From: Gemmatimonadales bacterium
GTDB lineage: Bacteria; Gemmatimonadota; Gemmatimonadetes; Gemmatimonadales; GWC2-71-9
DNA length: 55,144 nucleotides
NCBI GenBank assembly: GCA_036270795.1
Contig: DATBBW010000053.1
Location: forward strand, 1-55,144
Reading direction: 5' to 3'
This document shows, piece after piece, positions 34,026 through 42,865 of this stretch; positions within the stretch are counted from its first letter, which is position 1, and each line of letters opens with the position of its first letter. Under the pieces are notes generated by a model. It was given only the letters and a program-made list of their open reading frames with translations. It made no database searches and was not told the DNA's origin. The position numbers and the translations under genes were made by a program.

Positions 34026-34657
34026 GACCACCCCCGTCGCTTCGCTTCCGCCACCACGACCCCCGCGGCGCCGTCGATCCCCAGCCGCTCGGTGTTCACC
34101 ACCAGATCGTAATTCGCCACGTCGTCGCGGCGGCGGGCGTAATAGGTCCGCACATACTGGTCGCGCTGGCGGTCGGTGTCGTCCACCACGCGTTCGACCG
34201 TCGCGGGGTCCAGCCCCAGGCGCTGCACCGCGTGGATCATGCGCCAGGGTTTCGCGGCGACCACGTACACGTGGAACGCATCGCGCCGCTGGGCCAACAC
34301 CGCCTGCGCGCCGCGGCCCACCAGCACGATCCGGCCGTGCGCCGCCGCTTCGGCGATCACCCGCTCGGTCAGCTTGACGATCGCGGCTTCGTCCGCCTCG
34401 ACGCGCGGTACGGCGAGGGCCGTCATGAACATCTCGGGCGACGCGACCGCGAGCGTGCGGGCGAGCCGCTCGAGCAGCCCCGGGGCCCGCTCTTCGCGCT
34501 CGGCGACCTCGGCGGCGGGCAAGCCCGCCCGCCGCGCCACGGCGTCCACGAACTCGTTGTCGATCACGTCCCACTCGAGCTGCGCCGCCACGAGGCGCGC
34601 CACGTCCGAGCCGCCGGAGGCGTATTGGCGCGTGATCGTGATGACCGGCGGGGCCAT
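34022..34657 (-). CDS. Cytidylate-kinase-like family protein (Cytidylate_kin2; degenerate P-loop)
   Basis: 211 aa. The N-terminus VITITRQYASGGSDVARLVAAQL is the family hallmark, with no canonical GxxGxGK. There is a 1-nt gap after the SPFH gene. Confidence 0.75.
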   Translation of the reverse strand: MAPPVITITRQYASGGSDVARLVAAQLEWDVIDNEFVDAVARRAGLPAAEVAEREERAPGLLERLARTLAVASPEMFMTALAVPRVEADEAAIVKLTERVIAEAAAHGRIVLVGRGAQAVLAQRRDAFHVYVVAAKPWRMIHAVQRLGLDPATVERVVDDTDRQRDQYVRTYYARRRDDVANYDLVVNTERLGIDGAAGVVVAEAKRRGWS

Positions 34658-34658
34658 C

Positions 34659-35576
34659 TCAGGGCTTCAGGTTCTTGCGCAGGTCGCCGATGTTGAGCAG
34701 CGGCAGCCCGCCCTCGGTGGGCACGAAGATGATCAGGTTGTTGGAGCTCTTCATGTCGTGAAGCACTTCGATCCACTGCTTGGTGAGGGCCTCGGGCGAG
34801 AGGGTCTGGTTCAAGAGGCGCTGCTGCTCGGTCTGGAGCCGTGCCACTTCCACGCGGTGCCGCTCGGTCTCGATCTGCTGCTCCTGCGCAATCTTGTTGT
34901 TGATCGCCTGGACGACCTGGAGCGGCGGTTGCAGGTCCCGCAGGAAGAAGGCGGTGACCGCCGCGATGCGGAACTTGCCGGTTCCGGCCCGTGGCGTGGT
35001 GACGAGGGCCGAGTCGACGAGTCCCTCCATCGTGGTCGCGATCAGCGTGCGCTTGGAGATGTCGTTGATCGAGTACTGCACCATGCCATCGCGCACCCCC
35101 TTCCGGATCGCGTTGAGCACGGCCCCACGGATCTGGTTCTCGTCCCCGATCTCGGTGTAGATCTTGGGCGCCTGCTGCGGGTCGATCTGCCACCGGATCG
35201 ACACCTCGACGTGCATCCCCATTTGCTCGCTCGACAAGGCCTCGATCGCTTCGATCTGCTCGCCGCGCGTGGGCCACTGCTCCTCGCGCGTCGAGTACCG
35301 CTCGATCGACGACCACGGCGCCACGAAGCGGATGCCGGCGAGCAGCGGCGTCGCATCCACGAACCCGAAGGCATGGCGCACGCCGACCTCGCCGGGATCG
35401 ATCACGACCATCGTGGAGCCGACCGTGACGAAGATGCCGAGCAGGGCGACTGCGTAGCCGATGACGCGCAGCAGGTTCGCCACCGGCCCGGGCCGTTGCG
35501 CCCGCGCGGTGGCGGCGGCGAGGAGCAGTGCGAAGGCGACGACCAGCAGGACGGCACCGGCGACGAGCTTACCCAT
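34659..35576 (-). CDS. SPFH/prohibitin-family membrane protein
   Basis: 305 aa with an N-terminal TM region, then a band-7 core (VVIDPGEVGVRHAFG...) and a coiled-coil C-terminus. Confidence 0.85.
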   Translation of the reverse strand: MGKLVAGAVLLVVAFALLLAAATARAQRPGPVANLLRVIGYAVALLGIFVTVGSTMVVIDPGEVGVRHAFGFVDATPLLAGIRFVAPWSSIERYSTREEQWPTRGEQIEAIEALSSEQMGMHVEVSIRWQIDPQQAPKIYTEIGDENQIRGAVLNAIRKGVRDGMVQYSINDISKRTLIATTMEGLVDSALVTTPRAGTGKFRIAAVTAFFLRDLQPPLQVVQAINNKIAQEQQIETERHRVEVARLQTEQQRLLNQTLSPEALTKQWIEVLHDMKSSNNLIIFVPTEGGLPLLNIGDLRKNLKP

Positions 35577-35635
35577 GGGCGCTCCCGAGGGGGGTCGGGC
35601 GGAAGATACGGCGAAACCGCACCCCCGTCAGACGG

Positions 35636-37156
35636 TCAGGAGAACAGATTGGGCCCCACCGTGCCGCCGCCCCCGCCCCCGCCGCCGGCCGCGCCGGGGC
35701 CGCCCCCGCCGCCCTTCCCGTATCCCGGCCCCTTGGGCTCGCCCCGCACCCGGGTGTAGCCGAGCTCGTCGCTGCGCGAGATGCGCTTCTCGGCCACGAG
35801 GCCCTCGAGCACCAACTCGCACGCCGCCACCAGCGTGCCCGGGTCCTTCTTCGCCGCGAGGCCCACCTGCTCGATCAGATCGAGCAGGCCCGGGACCACC
35901 GTGAACCCCTTGAGGCACGTCTCCGAGCGCTCGTCCAGCGCCATCTTCAGGGCGCCGCCCTCATCGAACCAGTGCACGATATCGTCGACATTGGCCCCGC
36001 CCACCCGCGCCTCGAACGTCTTGCCCGCCGCGCGGCGCACCAAGTCCTTCGCGATGACCTCCGGGCCCTGGAGCTCGCCCTCGTACTCGAGCTCGAGCTT
36101 CCCGGTGATGGCGGGGAGCGCGGCGTAGATGTCCGAGATGCGGGGCACCACCGTCTTCTCCTTGGTGAGAATCGAGCGCCGCTCCGCATTGGAGATCACG
36201 TTCTCGAGCACGCTGATAGGCAGGCGCTGGGACACGCCGCTGCGGCGGTCGACCCGCTTGTCTTCCCGCGCCTCGAACGCGATGCGCTCGATCAGCTCGG
36301 AGACGAAGTCCGGCAGCTTCAGCGGGCGGCCCGCCCGCTCGAGCCAGGCCTCCTGACGCGTGATGGCGCCGCCCAGCTCGACCGTGTGCGGGTAGTGCGT
36401 GAGAATCTCCGACCCGATCCGGTCCTTGAGGGGCGTGATGATCTTGCCGCGCGCGGTGTAGTCCTCGGGGTTCGCCGTGAACACGAGGGCGACGTCGAGG
36501 TTCAGCCGCACCGGGTAGCCTTTGATCTGAACGTCCCCTTCCTGCATGATGTTGAACAAGCCCACCTGGATCTTGCCCGCGAGATCGGGCAGCTCGTTGA
36601 TCGCGAACACGCCGCGGTGCGCGCGGGGCAACAGGCCGAAGTGCATCGTGAGCTCGTCGGACAGCAGGTGGCCGCCGCGCGCCGCCTTGATCGGGTCGAC
36701 ATCGCCGATGATGTCCGCGATGGTGACGTCGGGCGTGGCGAGCTTTTCCACGTAGCGCGAGTCGCGTCCCAGCCAGGCCACCGGCGTGCGGGAGCCCAGC
36801 TCGGTCACGAGCTCGCGGCCGAACTTCGAGATCGGCGCGAACGGGTTGTCGTTCACCTCGCTGCCGGCGATGATCGGAATCTCCTCGTCGAGCAACGTCA
36901 CGAGCTGGCGCAGGATGCGGCTCTTCGCCTGGCCCCGCAGCCCGAGCAGGATGAAGTTGTGGCGCGAGAGCACCGCGTTGACGAGCTGCGGGATCACCGT
37001 CTCCTCGTAGCCCACGATCCCGGGGAACAGCGGCGCCCCGTTCTCGAGCAGGCAGATCAGGTTTTCCCGCAGTTCGTCCTTGACGGTTCGGTGAATGCGG
37101 GCCGGGCTCGCCCACTCGGTGTGCTGCAACTCACCCAGCGTCGTCGGCTTGGTCAT
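35636..37156 (-). CDS. AAA+ ATPase of the BchI/Mg-chelatase-like clade (often annotated sigma-54-interaction-domain protein) with a Gly-rich C-terminal tail
   Basis: 506 aa. Walker A is LLGLRGQAKS and Walker B is VFAINELPD. The C-terminus is KGPGYGKGGGGGPGAAGGGGGGGGTVGPNLFS. Confidence 0.85.
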   Translation of the reverse strand: MTKPTTLGELQHTEWASPARIHRTVKDELRENLICLLENGAPLFPGIVGYEETVIPQLVNAVLSRHNFILLGLRGQAKSRILRQLVTLLDEEIPIIAGSEVNDNPFAPISKFGRELVTELGSRTPVAWLGRDSRYVEKLATPDVTIADIIGDVDPIKAARGGHLLSDELTMHFGLLPRAHRGVFAINELPDLAGKIQVGLFNIMQEGDVQIKGYPVRLNLDVALVFTANPEDYTARGKIITPLKDRIGSEILTHYPHTVELGGAITRQEAWLERAGRPLKLPDFVSELIERIAFEAREDKRVDRRSGVSQRLPISVLENVISNAERRSILTKEKTVVPRISDIYAALPAITGKLELEYEGELQGPEVIAKDLVRRAAGKTFEARVGGANVDDIVHWFDEGGALKMALDERSETCLKGFTVVPGLLDLIEQVGLAAKKDPGTLVAACELVLEGLVAEKRISRSDELGYTRVRGEPKGPGYGKGGGGGPGAAGGGGGGGGTVGPNLFS

Positions 37157-37165
37157 AGCCCATAG

Positions 37166-40126
37166 TTAATCGGACCGCTCCCGCGGTGTAAAGAGTCGCA
37201 GCGCCCCGACGCCCCACGCCGCGAGGTTGAGCGTCGCGCGCCCATCGGGCGCGACCGCGACGGCGTCGCCGTTCATCTCCACCAGGTTGGCGCGGCGCGC
37301 CGCGCGGAAGCCATACGCCGCCGGCCACACGCCGACGCCGCGGGCGCTGCCGCTCACGTCGAGCAGCTTCACGATCGCCCCCTCGCCATCGTCGGCGGGC
37401 TTGGCGGCGACCACGAGGGCGCCACGGTCGGCCACGACGAGCGCGCGGTCGGTCGCCAAGAGCGGGCCCGCGCTCGCCGTGACGTAGCCGTCGCTTGCGT
37501 ATAGCGGCTCGCACGCGGCCCAGCCGCGCCGTACCGGCTCCGCGGCATCACTGCCCGGCGCGAGCGGCCCGAGCCGAAACCGGCACACGAACTCGCCGCC
37601 CTGACGCGCCGCAAAGTTGCCGGGCCAATAGTTGTGCTGCGCGTACGCGAACAGGGTCCCATCAGGCGCGAGCGAGCGACGCCACTGCCCGCGGCACAGG
37701 TCGTTGAGCGTGACCAGCGGCGTGTCGGGGCCGCTCCACAGCATGCCGTCGGCCGCGTCGTGCAGCCACACCCAGTGCGTGTGACAGTACCAGTCGCGAC
37801 AGCTCCCCGGCTGTTGGTCCCGCTCGACCGTGAGACGGCCGAGGGGTACTTCGAGCTCGACCACCGGCTGCGTCAGGGCGAACGGGAAGGCGACGTACAA
37901 CGCTTCCTTCTCGAGCGTCGCCGGCTTGGTGATCCGGTTCTCGAGGTCGAGCCACGGCAGCTCGTCGTAGAGCGTCATCACCGACGTGACGCTGGTCGTC
38001 CCCGCGAGCTTGCGTTCCGCGACGAGCCGCACCCCGATCCCCGGCAGCCGCTCGCGCCGCGCGGCAACGAGTTCCGCCGGGTGCACGGTGAGCTCGGGTG
38101 CCGTGCGGAGGGCGTCGCGGGCCCGATCGGTCCAGAGCGCGCTGTGCAGCCCGCCCGTCACGTACAGGAGCTGGTTCAGCCCCGCCCAGGACCCGGGCCG
38201 CACGCGCTCCTTGCCGTCGCCCGTCGTCAGCGAGTGAATGGCGCCACTGGTCGGGTCGAGCACCACGTGGAATCCGCCCGCCTGGGCCTCGAGCGCCGCG
38301 CCGTCGGGCAGCGGAGGGTTGGCTGGCCGCTCCGCCTCGGCGAGCGTGACGTAGCCCAGGGCGGGCACATCGCGCGCCACGACGAGCGCCGAGCCGTCGG
38401 GCAGATCGACCGCCGGCCAGTCGCGACCGCCCGCGGTCAGCCGGCGCCCGCCACCGCCCGGCACATACACGGCGTCGGTGCGCGGCCAACTCGATGCGTT
38501 GAACACGAGGCGGCCGGCGCCGGCGCCGGTCGCCCGCCCCAGCCGCAGGAGCGCGTCCCCGAGCTGGGCGCGGGCCGCCGCCGCCGCGCTGTCGAGCAGC
38601 CGCACCTTGTACTCCCATTGCGCCACGGTGTCAGCGCCGTCCGGGTCCACCACACTGTCGATCGAGCCCCAGGTGTGCTCCCCAAACAGCAACAGGTCGC
38701 GCCACAGCTGGCGTCGCTCCTCGGCGCGGCGGCGGAGCCGCGCGGCGCGGGTGGCGTCCGGGGGCTCGGTCTTCTCATCCCACAGCGCCAGCACTTCGGC
38801 CGCCCGCGCGGCGAGTTGGGCAGCGCGAAAGCGCGCCAACTCGGCGGCGGTCGAAGCGGCTCCGTCCTCACGGTACAGCCCCGTGTCGCCGCGCCGCACG
38901 GGCAGCTTCGTGGCCCAGCGCTGCTCTACCACGCGGAAGAAGTCCTCGGCCCGCGCGGGGATGAGGTGGGGAAACGCATAGCGGCGGTTGAACTCCTCGA
39001 CGTTCGCCACCAGCCGCTCGTCCATGAGCGCGTTCTCGCCGGTGGCGCCGTGCAGCAGGGCGACGTCGTAGGGATACTCCGGCGCCAGGAACGCCGGATG
39101 GGTGAGCAGCCAGTCCGACAGCCGGTGCGCCATCTCCCCCGCGCCGCCCGCGAACCCGAAGCGCAGCGCGTCGGCGTAGCCGTAACTGCGCCAGTGCAGC
39201 ACCCGGCTCCCGTCCGGTCCCTCCCACCAATAGAGCTGGGGGTAGCTCGTCCAGTCGCCTGCGAGCTGGGCCTGCGCCGCATCGGCGGCCGAGAGCAGGG
39301 GCACGGCGCGCTCGGCGTTCACACCGCTCACGAGGTAGCGCACGCCGCTCGCGGCAAGCAGCGTCGGCAGCGTCCGCACCTGACCCGGCACGTCCGCGAT
39401 CTGCGCCACGAGGTAGCCGAGTCCCCGCTCGCGCGCGAACAGGCCGGCGGGCCACACCGCCCGCGCCAGCGTTTCGTGGTCCAAGAGCCCGGTGAGCAGG
39501 TTCGCGTACAGGGCGGAGAACCCCACCTTGCCGTCGCGGATCGCCTGGGCGAGGGCGTCGCCCGCCGGCGCCGACCGGTTCTCGATGTACGACAGCACCT
39601 GGAGCGCGCACTCGGCCGTCCAGCGCTGGTCGGGGTGCGCGGCGAGGCGGGCGAGGGCCGCGTCCAGGTTGCGGCGATGGACCTCGAGGCAGCGTTCTTG
39701 GCGCTCGGTCAGGCCGAGGTCGGTGTGGCTCGAGGCGAGCCAGTACAGCGTCCAGCGGCGCGGCGGCACGAGCTGCACGCGCTGGCGGCCGACACGCCGC
39801 TTGCCGACCTCGAGCTCGATCTGGAATTCCGCCGGCTGGCCGAGCGGGATCCACACCTCGCCCGCGAACCCGGCGCCCGCGGGCAAGGGGAGTAGCCCCG
39901 CCGTCCCCAGGAGCGTCCCGCGGCGGTCGCTCACGCGGGCCCGCGCCGCCGGGGCGTCCAGTCCGGTCACCGTGATGCGCACGAGGTTGTTGCGCCCGTC
40001 GGGCTGCTGGTACAGTGCCGTGGGCGTGGCGTCGATCTCGGGCGCGCCGGGGGTGGGCCCGCTCGTCGGGCGGTTCGCCGCCGCGACGGCGCCGAGCCAC
40101 GTGAGGAAACTGCGGCGGTCGGTCAT
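37166..40126 (-). CDS. Tat-signal glycoside hydrolase family 38-like protein (alpha-mannosidase-like); family assignment tentative
   Basis: 986 aa. Twin-arginine signal MTDRRSFLTWLGAVAAA. The N-terminal SSHTDLG metal-site-like motif, the ..FGEHTWGS.. motif and the overall size recall GH38. Not verified by search. Confidence 0.55.
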   Translation of the reverse strand: MTDRRSFLTWLGAVAAANRPTSGPTPGAPEIDATPTALYQQPDGRNNLVRITVTGLDAPAARARVSDRRGTLLGTAGLLPLPAGAGFAGEVWIPLGQPAEFQIELEVGKRRVGRQRVQLVPPRRWTLYWLASSHTDLGLTERQERCLEVHRRNLDAALARLAAHPDQRWTAECALQVLSYIENRSAPAGDALAQAIRDGKVGFSALYANLLTGLLDHETLARAVWPAGLFARERGLGYLVAQIADVPGQVRTLPTLLAASGVRYLVSGVNAERAVPLLSAADAAQAQLAGDWTSYPQLYWWEGPDGSRVLHWRSYGYADALRFGFAGGAGEMAHRLSDWLLTHPAFLAPEYPYDVALLHGATGENALMDERLVANVEEFNRRYAFPHLIPARAEDFFRVVEQRWATKLPVRRGDTGLYREDGAASTAAELARFRAAQLAARAAEVLALWDEKTEPPDATRAARLRRRAEERRQLWRDLLLFGEHTWGSIDSVVDPDGADTVAQWEYKVRLLDSAAAAARAQLGDALLRLGRATGAGAGRLVFNASSWPRTDAVYVPGGGGRRLTAGGRDWPAVDLPDGSALVVARDVPALGYVTLAEAERPANPPLPDGAALEAQAGGFHVVLDPTSGAIHSLTTGDGKERVRPGSWAGLNQLLYVTGGLHSALWTDRARDALRTAPELTVHPAELVAARRERLPGIGVRLVAERKLAGTTSVTSVMTLYDELPWLDLENRITKPATLEKEALYVAFPFALTQPVVELEVPLGRLTVERDQQPGSCRDWYCHTHWVWLHDAADGMLWSGPDTPLVTLNDLCRGQWRRSLAPDGTLFAYAQHNYWPGNFAARQGGEFVCRFRLGPLAPGSDAAEPVRRGWAACEPLYASDGYVTASAGPLLATDRALVVADRGALVVAAKPADDGEGAIVKLLDVSGSARGVGVWPAAYGFRAARRANLVEMNGDAVAVAPDGRATLNLAAWGVGALRLFTPRERSD

Positions 40127-40194
40127 GCGCTCTCCCTCGCTCGGTCGCGCCGTTCCGGTGCTCGGCGAAATATACTGGCGCTCGCTGCGCGCCC

Positions 40195-40222
40195 TTGACT
40201 CCGCCGCCCCCAGCGCTAGGTT
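40195..40222 (+). promoter_or_regulatory. Candidate sigma-70-type promoter for the small lipoprotein gene (TTGACT-N16-TAGGTT)
   Basis: TTGACT at 40195-40200 and TAGGTT at 40217-40222, about 48 nt upstream of the ATG. AGGAG lies 7-11 nt before the ATG. Confidence 0.35.
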
Positions 40223-40270
40223 TTCCCCCGGTCGAACGGCCCCTAACCGCCACTTCCATCAGGAGTCCGC

Positions 40271-40492
40271 ATGAAGCGTCTCGCACTAGTCCTCGCCGTC
40301 GTGGCGCTCGGCGCGTGTCAGAAGCCGGAGCAGAAGCCGGCCGCCCAGACTCAGATGGCGCCCGACACGTCGCACATGATGATGGCCGACACGTCGAAGC
40401 ACATGATGGCCGACACGTCAAAGAAGGCGGCGCCCGCTCCTGCGGCTCCCGCCGCGGCGGCGAAGAAGCCCGCGGCGAAGAAGAAGCCGTAG
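40271..40492 (+). CDS. Small (73 aa) lipoprotein with Met/His-rich tandem repeats and a Lys/Ala/Pro-rich tail
   Basis: Strong RBS (caggagtccgcATG). Lipobox LAVVALGAC. Repeats DTSHMMMA / DTSKHMMA / DTSKK. Tail AAPAPAAPAAAAKKPAAKKKP. A canonical terminator lies downstream. Confidence 0.7.
   Translation: MKRLALVLAVVALGACQKPEQKPAAQTQMAPDTSHMMMADTSKHMMADTSKKAAPAPAAPAAAAKKPAAKKKP
40364..40426 (+). repeat. About 2.6 tandem copies of a 24-nt unit (gacacgtcg.a..cacatgatggcc) inside the lipoprotein gene
   Basis: Read directly: 40364-40387, 40388-40411, and a partial copy at 40412-40426. Confidence 0.8.
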
Positions 40493-40536
40493 TCGACGCC
40501 GCGGCCGCAGTCGCGGTCGCGACGAGCAGGGACGAT

Positions 40537-40565
40537 GCCCGGGACTGGCTCCCGGGCTTTTCGTT
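40537..40565 (+). terminator. Rho-independent terminator
   Basis: GCCCGGGA-ctggc-TCCCGGGC followed by TTTTCGTT, 45 nt after the lipoprotein stop. Confidence 0.7.
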
Positions 40566-41604
40566 AGGCGGGTCCGACGCTGGGCAGCGCGAAGGGGAGA
40601 TCGACCACGCGGGCGTCGCGGCCGGCGGCTCGCACCATCACGCCCGGGGTCACCTCACGGCGCAGCACGGCGAGGCCGACCCAGCGGCCCGCCCCGGGGG
40701 CCTCGGGCTCCGGCACCCACGCCACGCTCGTCACGCGACCCGCTTCGCGGTCCAGATGCGTGACGGCGCTCCAGCCGTCCGCCGGGGCGGTCGGCGGTTG
40801 GACGTCGAACAGTAACCCGCGCAACTGCCGGTTGACGTGGCCCCGAAAGTGGAGCCGCGCGACCGTTTCCTGGCCGGTGTAGCAGCCCTTGGTGTACGAC
40901 ACCCCGCCGATTTCGTCGTAACGCACTTCTTGGGGAATAGTCTTGTCGTCGACTTCGGCGTCCAGCCGAGGCCAGCCGGCGAGGACCCGCGCCAACTCGA
41001 GTGCGGCGGGATCGGCGGCGAGCGCGCCGGCGGCCGTGAGGCGGGCCGCGACATCGCTCGCCGCGGCGGCGGGCGCCGTCACCTGGAGCACGAACGGCGC
41101 GGCGTCCGAACCCCAGCCCACCTCGAGGCCGTCCGGGCTCTCGAGCACGCGCCCCGGGGCCGCGGGCACCGCCACGCCGGCTGCGGCGGCGACGGCGAGC
41201 GAGCGCGGACCGGCGAGGCGGTACACTGCGACCTCTCCCGTGCGATCGCTCAGGCGGGCGAGCCGGGGCGGCACCGCGCGCGTCAAGGTCGCCAGCGTGC
41301 GCTCGCGGGCGGCCGCGGGCACGGTCCAGCGCACCGTCGCGCCAAGCCGCGCGGCCCAGCCGTCCACCACGATCATGCCCTTCGGGGTGAGCAGCGCGCC
41401 GTACACGAACGCCCCGTCGCCCGGTTGCTCGACGTCGTTCGTGAGCAGTCCCTGCACGCAGGTGACCGCGCCGGGCCCCGCGAGCGTGACCACGACCGTG
41501 TCGGCCTGGGCCACGACGGCGCCGGCGCGCAGCGCGGCGACGACGGCCGGGGTCACGCTCCCCGGCTCGACCCGGAACACGGGGGGCGCGCCGGCGTCAG
41601 GCAT
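40564..41604 (-). CDS. ygfZ: YgfZ/CAF17-family folate-binding protein (GcvT-like fold)
   Basis: 346 aa with the signature YTKGCYTGQETVARLHFRGHVNRQLRGL (KGCYxGQE). The start overlaps the glcF stop by 8 nt. Confidence 0.85.
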   Translation of the reverse strand: MPDAGAPPVFRVEPGSVTPAVVAALRAGAVVAQADTVVVTLAGPGAVTCVQGLLTNDVEQPGDGAFVYGALLTPKGMIVVDGWAARLGATVRWTVPAAARERTLATLTRAVPPRLARLSDRTGEVAVYRLAGPRSLAVAAAAGVAVPAAPGRVLESPDGLEVGWGSDAAPFVLQVTAPAAAASDVAARLTAAGALAADPAALELARVLAGWPRLDAEVDDKTIPQEVRYDEIGGVSYTKGCYTGQETVARLHFRGHVNRQLRGLLFDVQPPTAPADGWSAVTHLDREAGRVTSVAWVPEPEAPGAGRWVGLAVLRREVTPGVMVRAAGRDARVVDLPFALPSVGPA

Positions 41605-42865
41605 AGTAGCCCGCCGTGCGGTAGGATTCGTCCAGCAGCTCGACCGGGTGGCGCACCACGCTGGGGATCCCGGCGGCCGCGAGGCCGGCGCCGAGTTGCA
41701 TCAAGCACCCCGGGTTGCCGCTCGCCACGATTTGGGGGCGCGCCTCCCGGAGCGACGCCAGCTTGGGCGTGAGCACGGCGCGCGACATCGCGGGCTCGAG
41801 CAGGGTGAAGAGCCCGGCGCTGCCACAGCATTGCGCCGCATCGGGCGTGGCGATCACGCGGAGCACCGGAATCGCGCGCAGCACCGCGTAGGGGGGCTCG
41901 GCGACGCGCTGGGCGTGCAGCAGGTGGCAGGGGGGGTCGTACGCGACGGTGGCGTCGAGCGGTGCGCCGGGCCGCGGGCCGCGCGCGGCGAGGAGCTCCG
42001 TCACGTCCTGCACCCGGGCGGCGAAGCGCGCGCCCTCGGCCGGGCCGTCGCCGGCGAGCAGGTGGCCGTACGCCTTCAGCAGCGCCCCACATCCCGCGCT
42101 ATTGACGACGATGGGCTCGTCGCCCGCGCCGAACGCCGCCACGTTCTGGCGGGCGAGCGCTTGCGCCTCGCGTCGCAGGCCGGCGTGCGCGTGCAGCGCG
42201 CCGCAGCACACCTGCGCCGGCACCTCCCGGACCGCGTAGCCGTTCACCGCGAGCGTGCGAATCGTGGCGTCGTGCACGTGCGGGAACAGGCCGTCCATGA
42301 TACAACCGCGAAACAACAGGGCGGGCGTGCCCGATTCCGCTGGCGCCGCGGCGAGCGGGGGCTCGGGTCCCTGCGCGGCGCGCTTCCCCGGGGAGCGGCG
42401 GCGGGCGGCGGGCCGCGTGGCCGCGAGCATTCCCAAGGCAAAGCCGACCCGTCCCCACCCCGCGAGCGTGGCCGGAAGGCCCGTAGCCCGCAGCAGCCGC
42501 GCCCCCGCATAGACGAAGCGGGCCACACCCGCCCCGGTCAGGGCGGCGAGAGCGGCCCGGGCCACGGGCGGCAGGCCGCGGCGCTCCGCCAGGAGGGCCC
42601 GCGCGGCCTCGAGCCCGTGCCCGTAGCCCACGCCCGACGGGCACACGGGCTCGCAGCCGCGGCAGCCGAGGCAGCGGTCGAGGTGGAAGGCGACGCTGGG
42701 GTCGTCCGGCGCGAGCTCCCCCGTTTCCAGGGCGCGCATCAACTCGATGCGACCGCGCGGGCTGTCCGCCTCGTCGCCCGTCGCGAGGAAGGTGGGACAG
42801 GCCTGGAGGCAGAAGCCGCAGTGGACGCAAGGGTCAAGCGCCGCGAAGCCGCCGCGGTCCGTCAT
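41597..42865 (-). CDS. glcF: Glycolate oxidase iron-sulfur subunit
   Basis: Trimmed to the ATG at 42865 (MTDRGGFAALDPCVHCGFCLQACPTF). A second cluster motif CLGCRGCEPVCPSGV and C-terminal CCG-type Cys motifs are present. 4-nt overlap with glcE. Confidence 0.85.
   Translation of the reverse strand: MTDRGGFAALDPCVHCGFCLQACPTFLATGDEADSPRGRIELMRALETGELAPDDPSVAFHLDRCLGCRGCEPVCPSGVGYGHGLEAARALLAERRGLPPVARAALAALTGAGVARFVYAGARLLRATGLPATLAGWGRVGFALGMLAATRPAARRRSPGKRAAQGPEPPLAAAPAESGTPALLFRGCIMDGLFPHVHDATIRTLAVNGYAVREVPAQVCCGALHAHAGLRREAQALARQNVAAFGAGDEPIVVNSAGCGALLKAYGHLLAGDGPAEGARFAARVQDVTELLAARGPRPGAPLDATVAYDPPCHLLHAQRVAEPPYAVLRAIPVLRVIATPDAAQCCGSAGLFTLLEPAMSRAVLTPKLASLREARPQIVASGNPGCLMQLGAGLAAAGIPSVVRHPVELLDESYRTAGYYA

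Noticed and set aside
35640-35720. Poly-Gly coding tract (G-runs on the coding strand) at the 3' end of the AAA+ gene as an independent repeat element or frameshift site.
   Set aside because: The reading frame is continuous to a normal stop, and the tract simply encodes the Gly-rich tail. There is no evidence for slippage or an alternative frame product.
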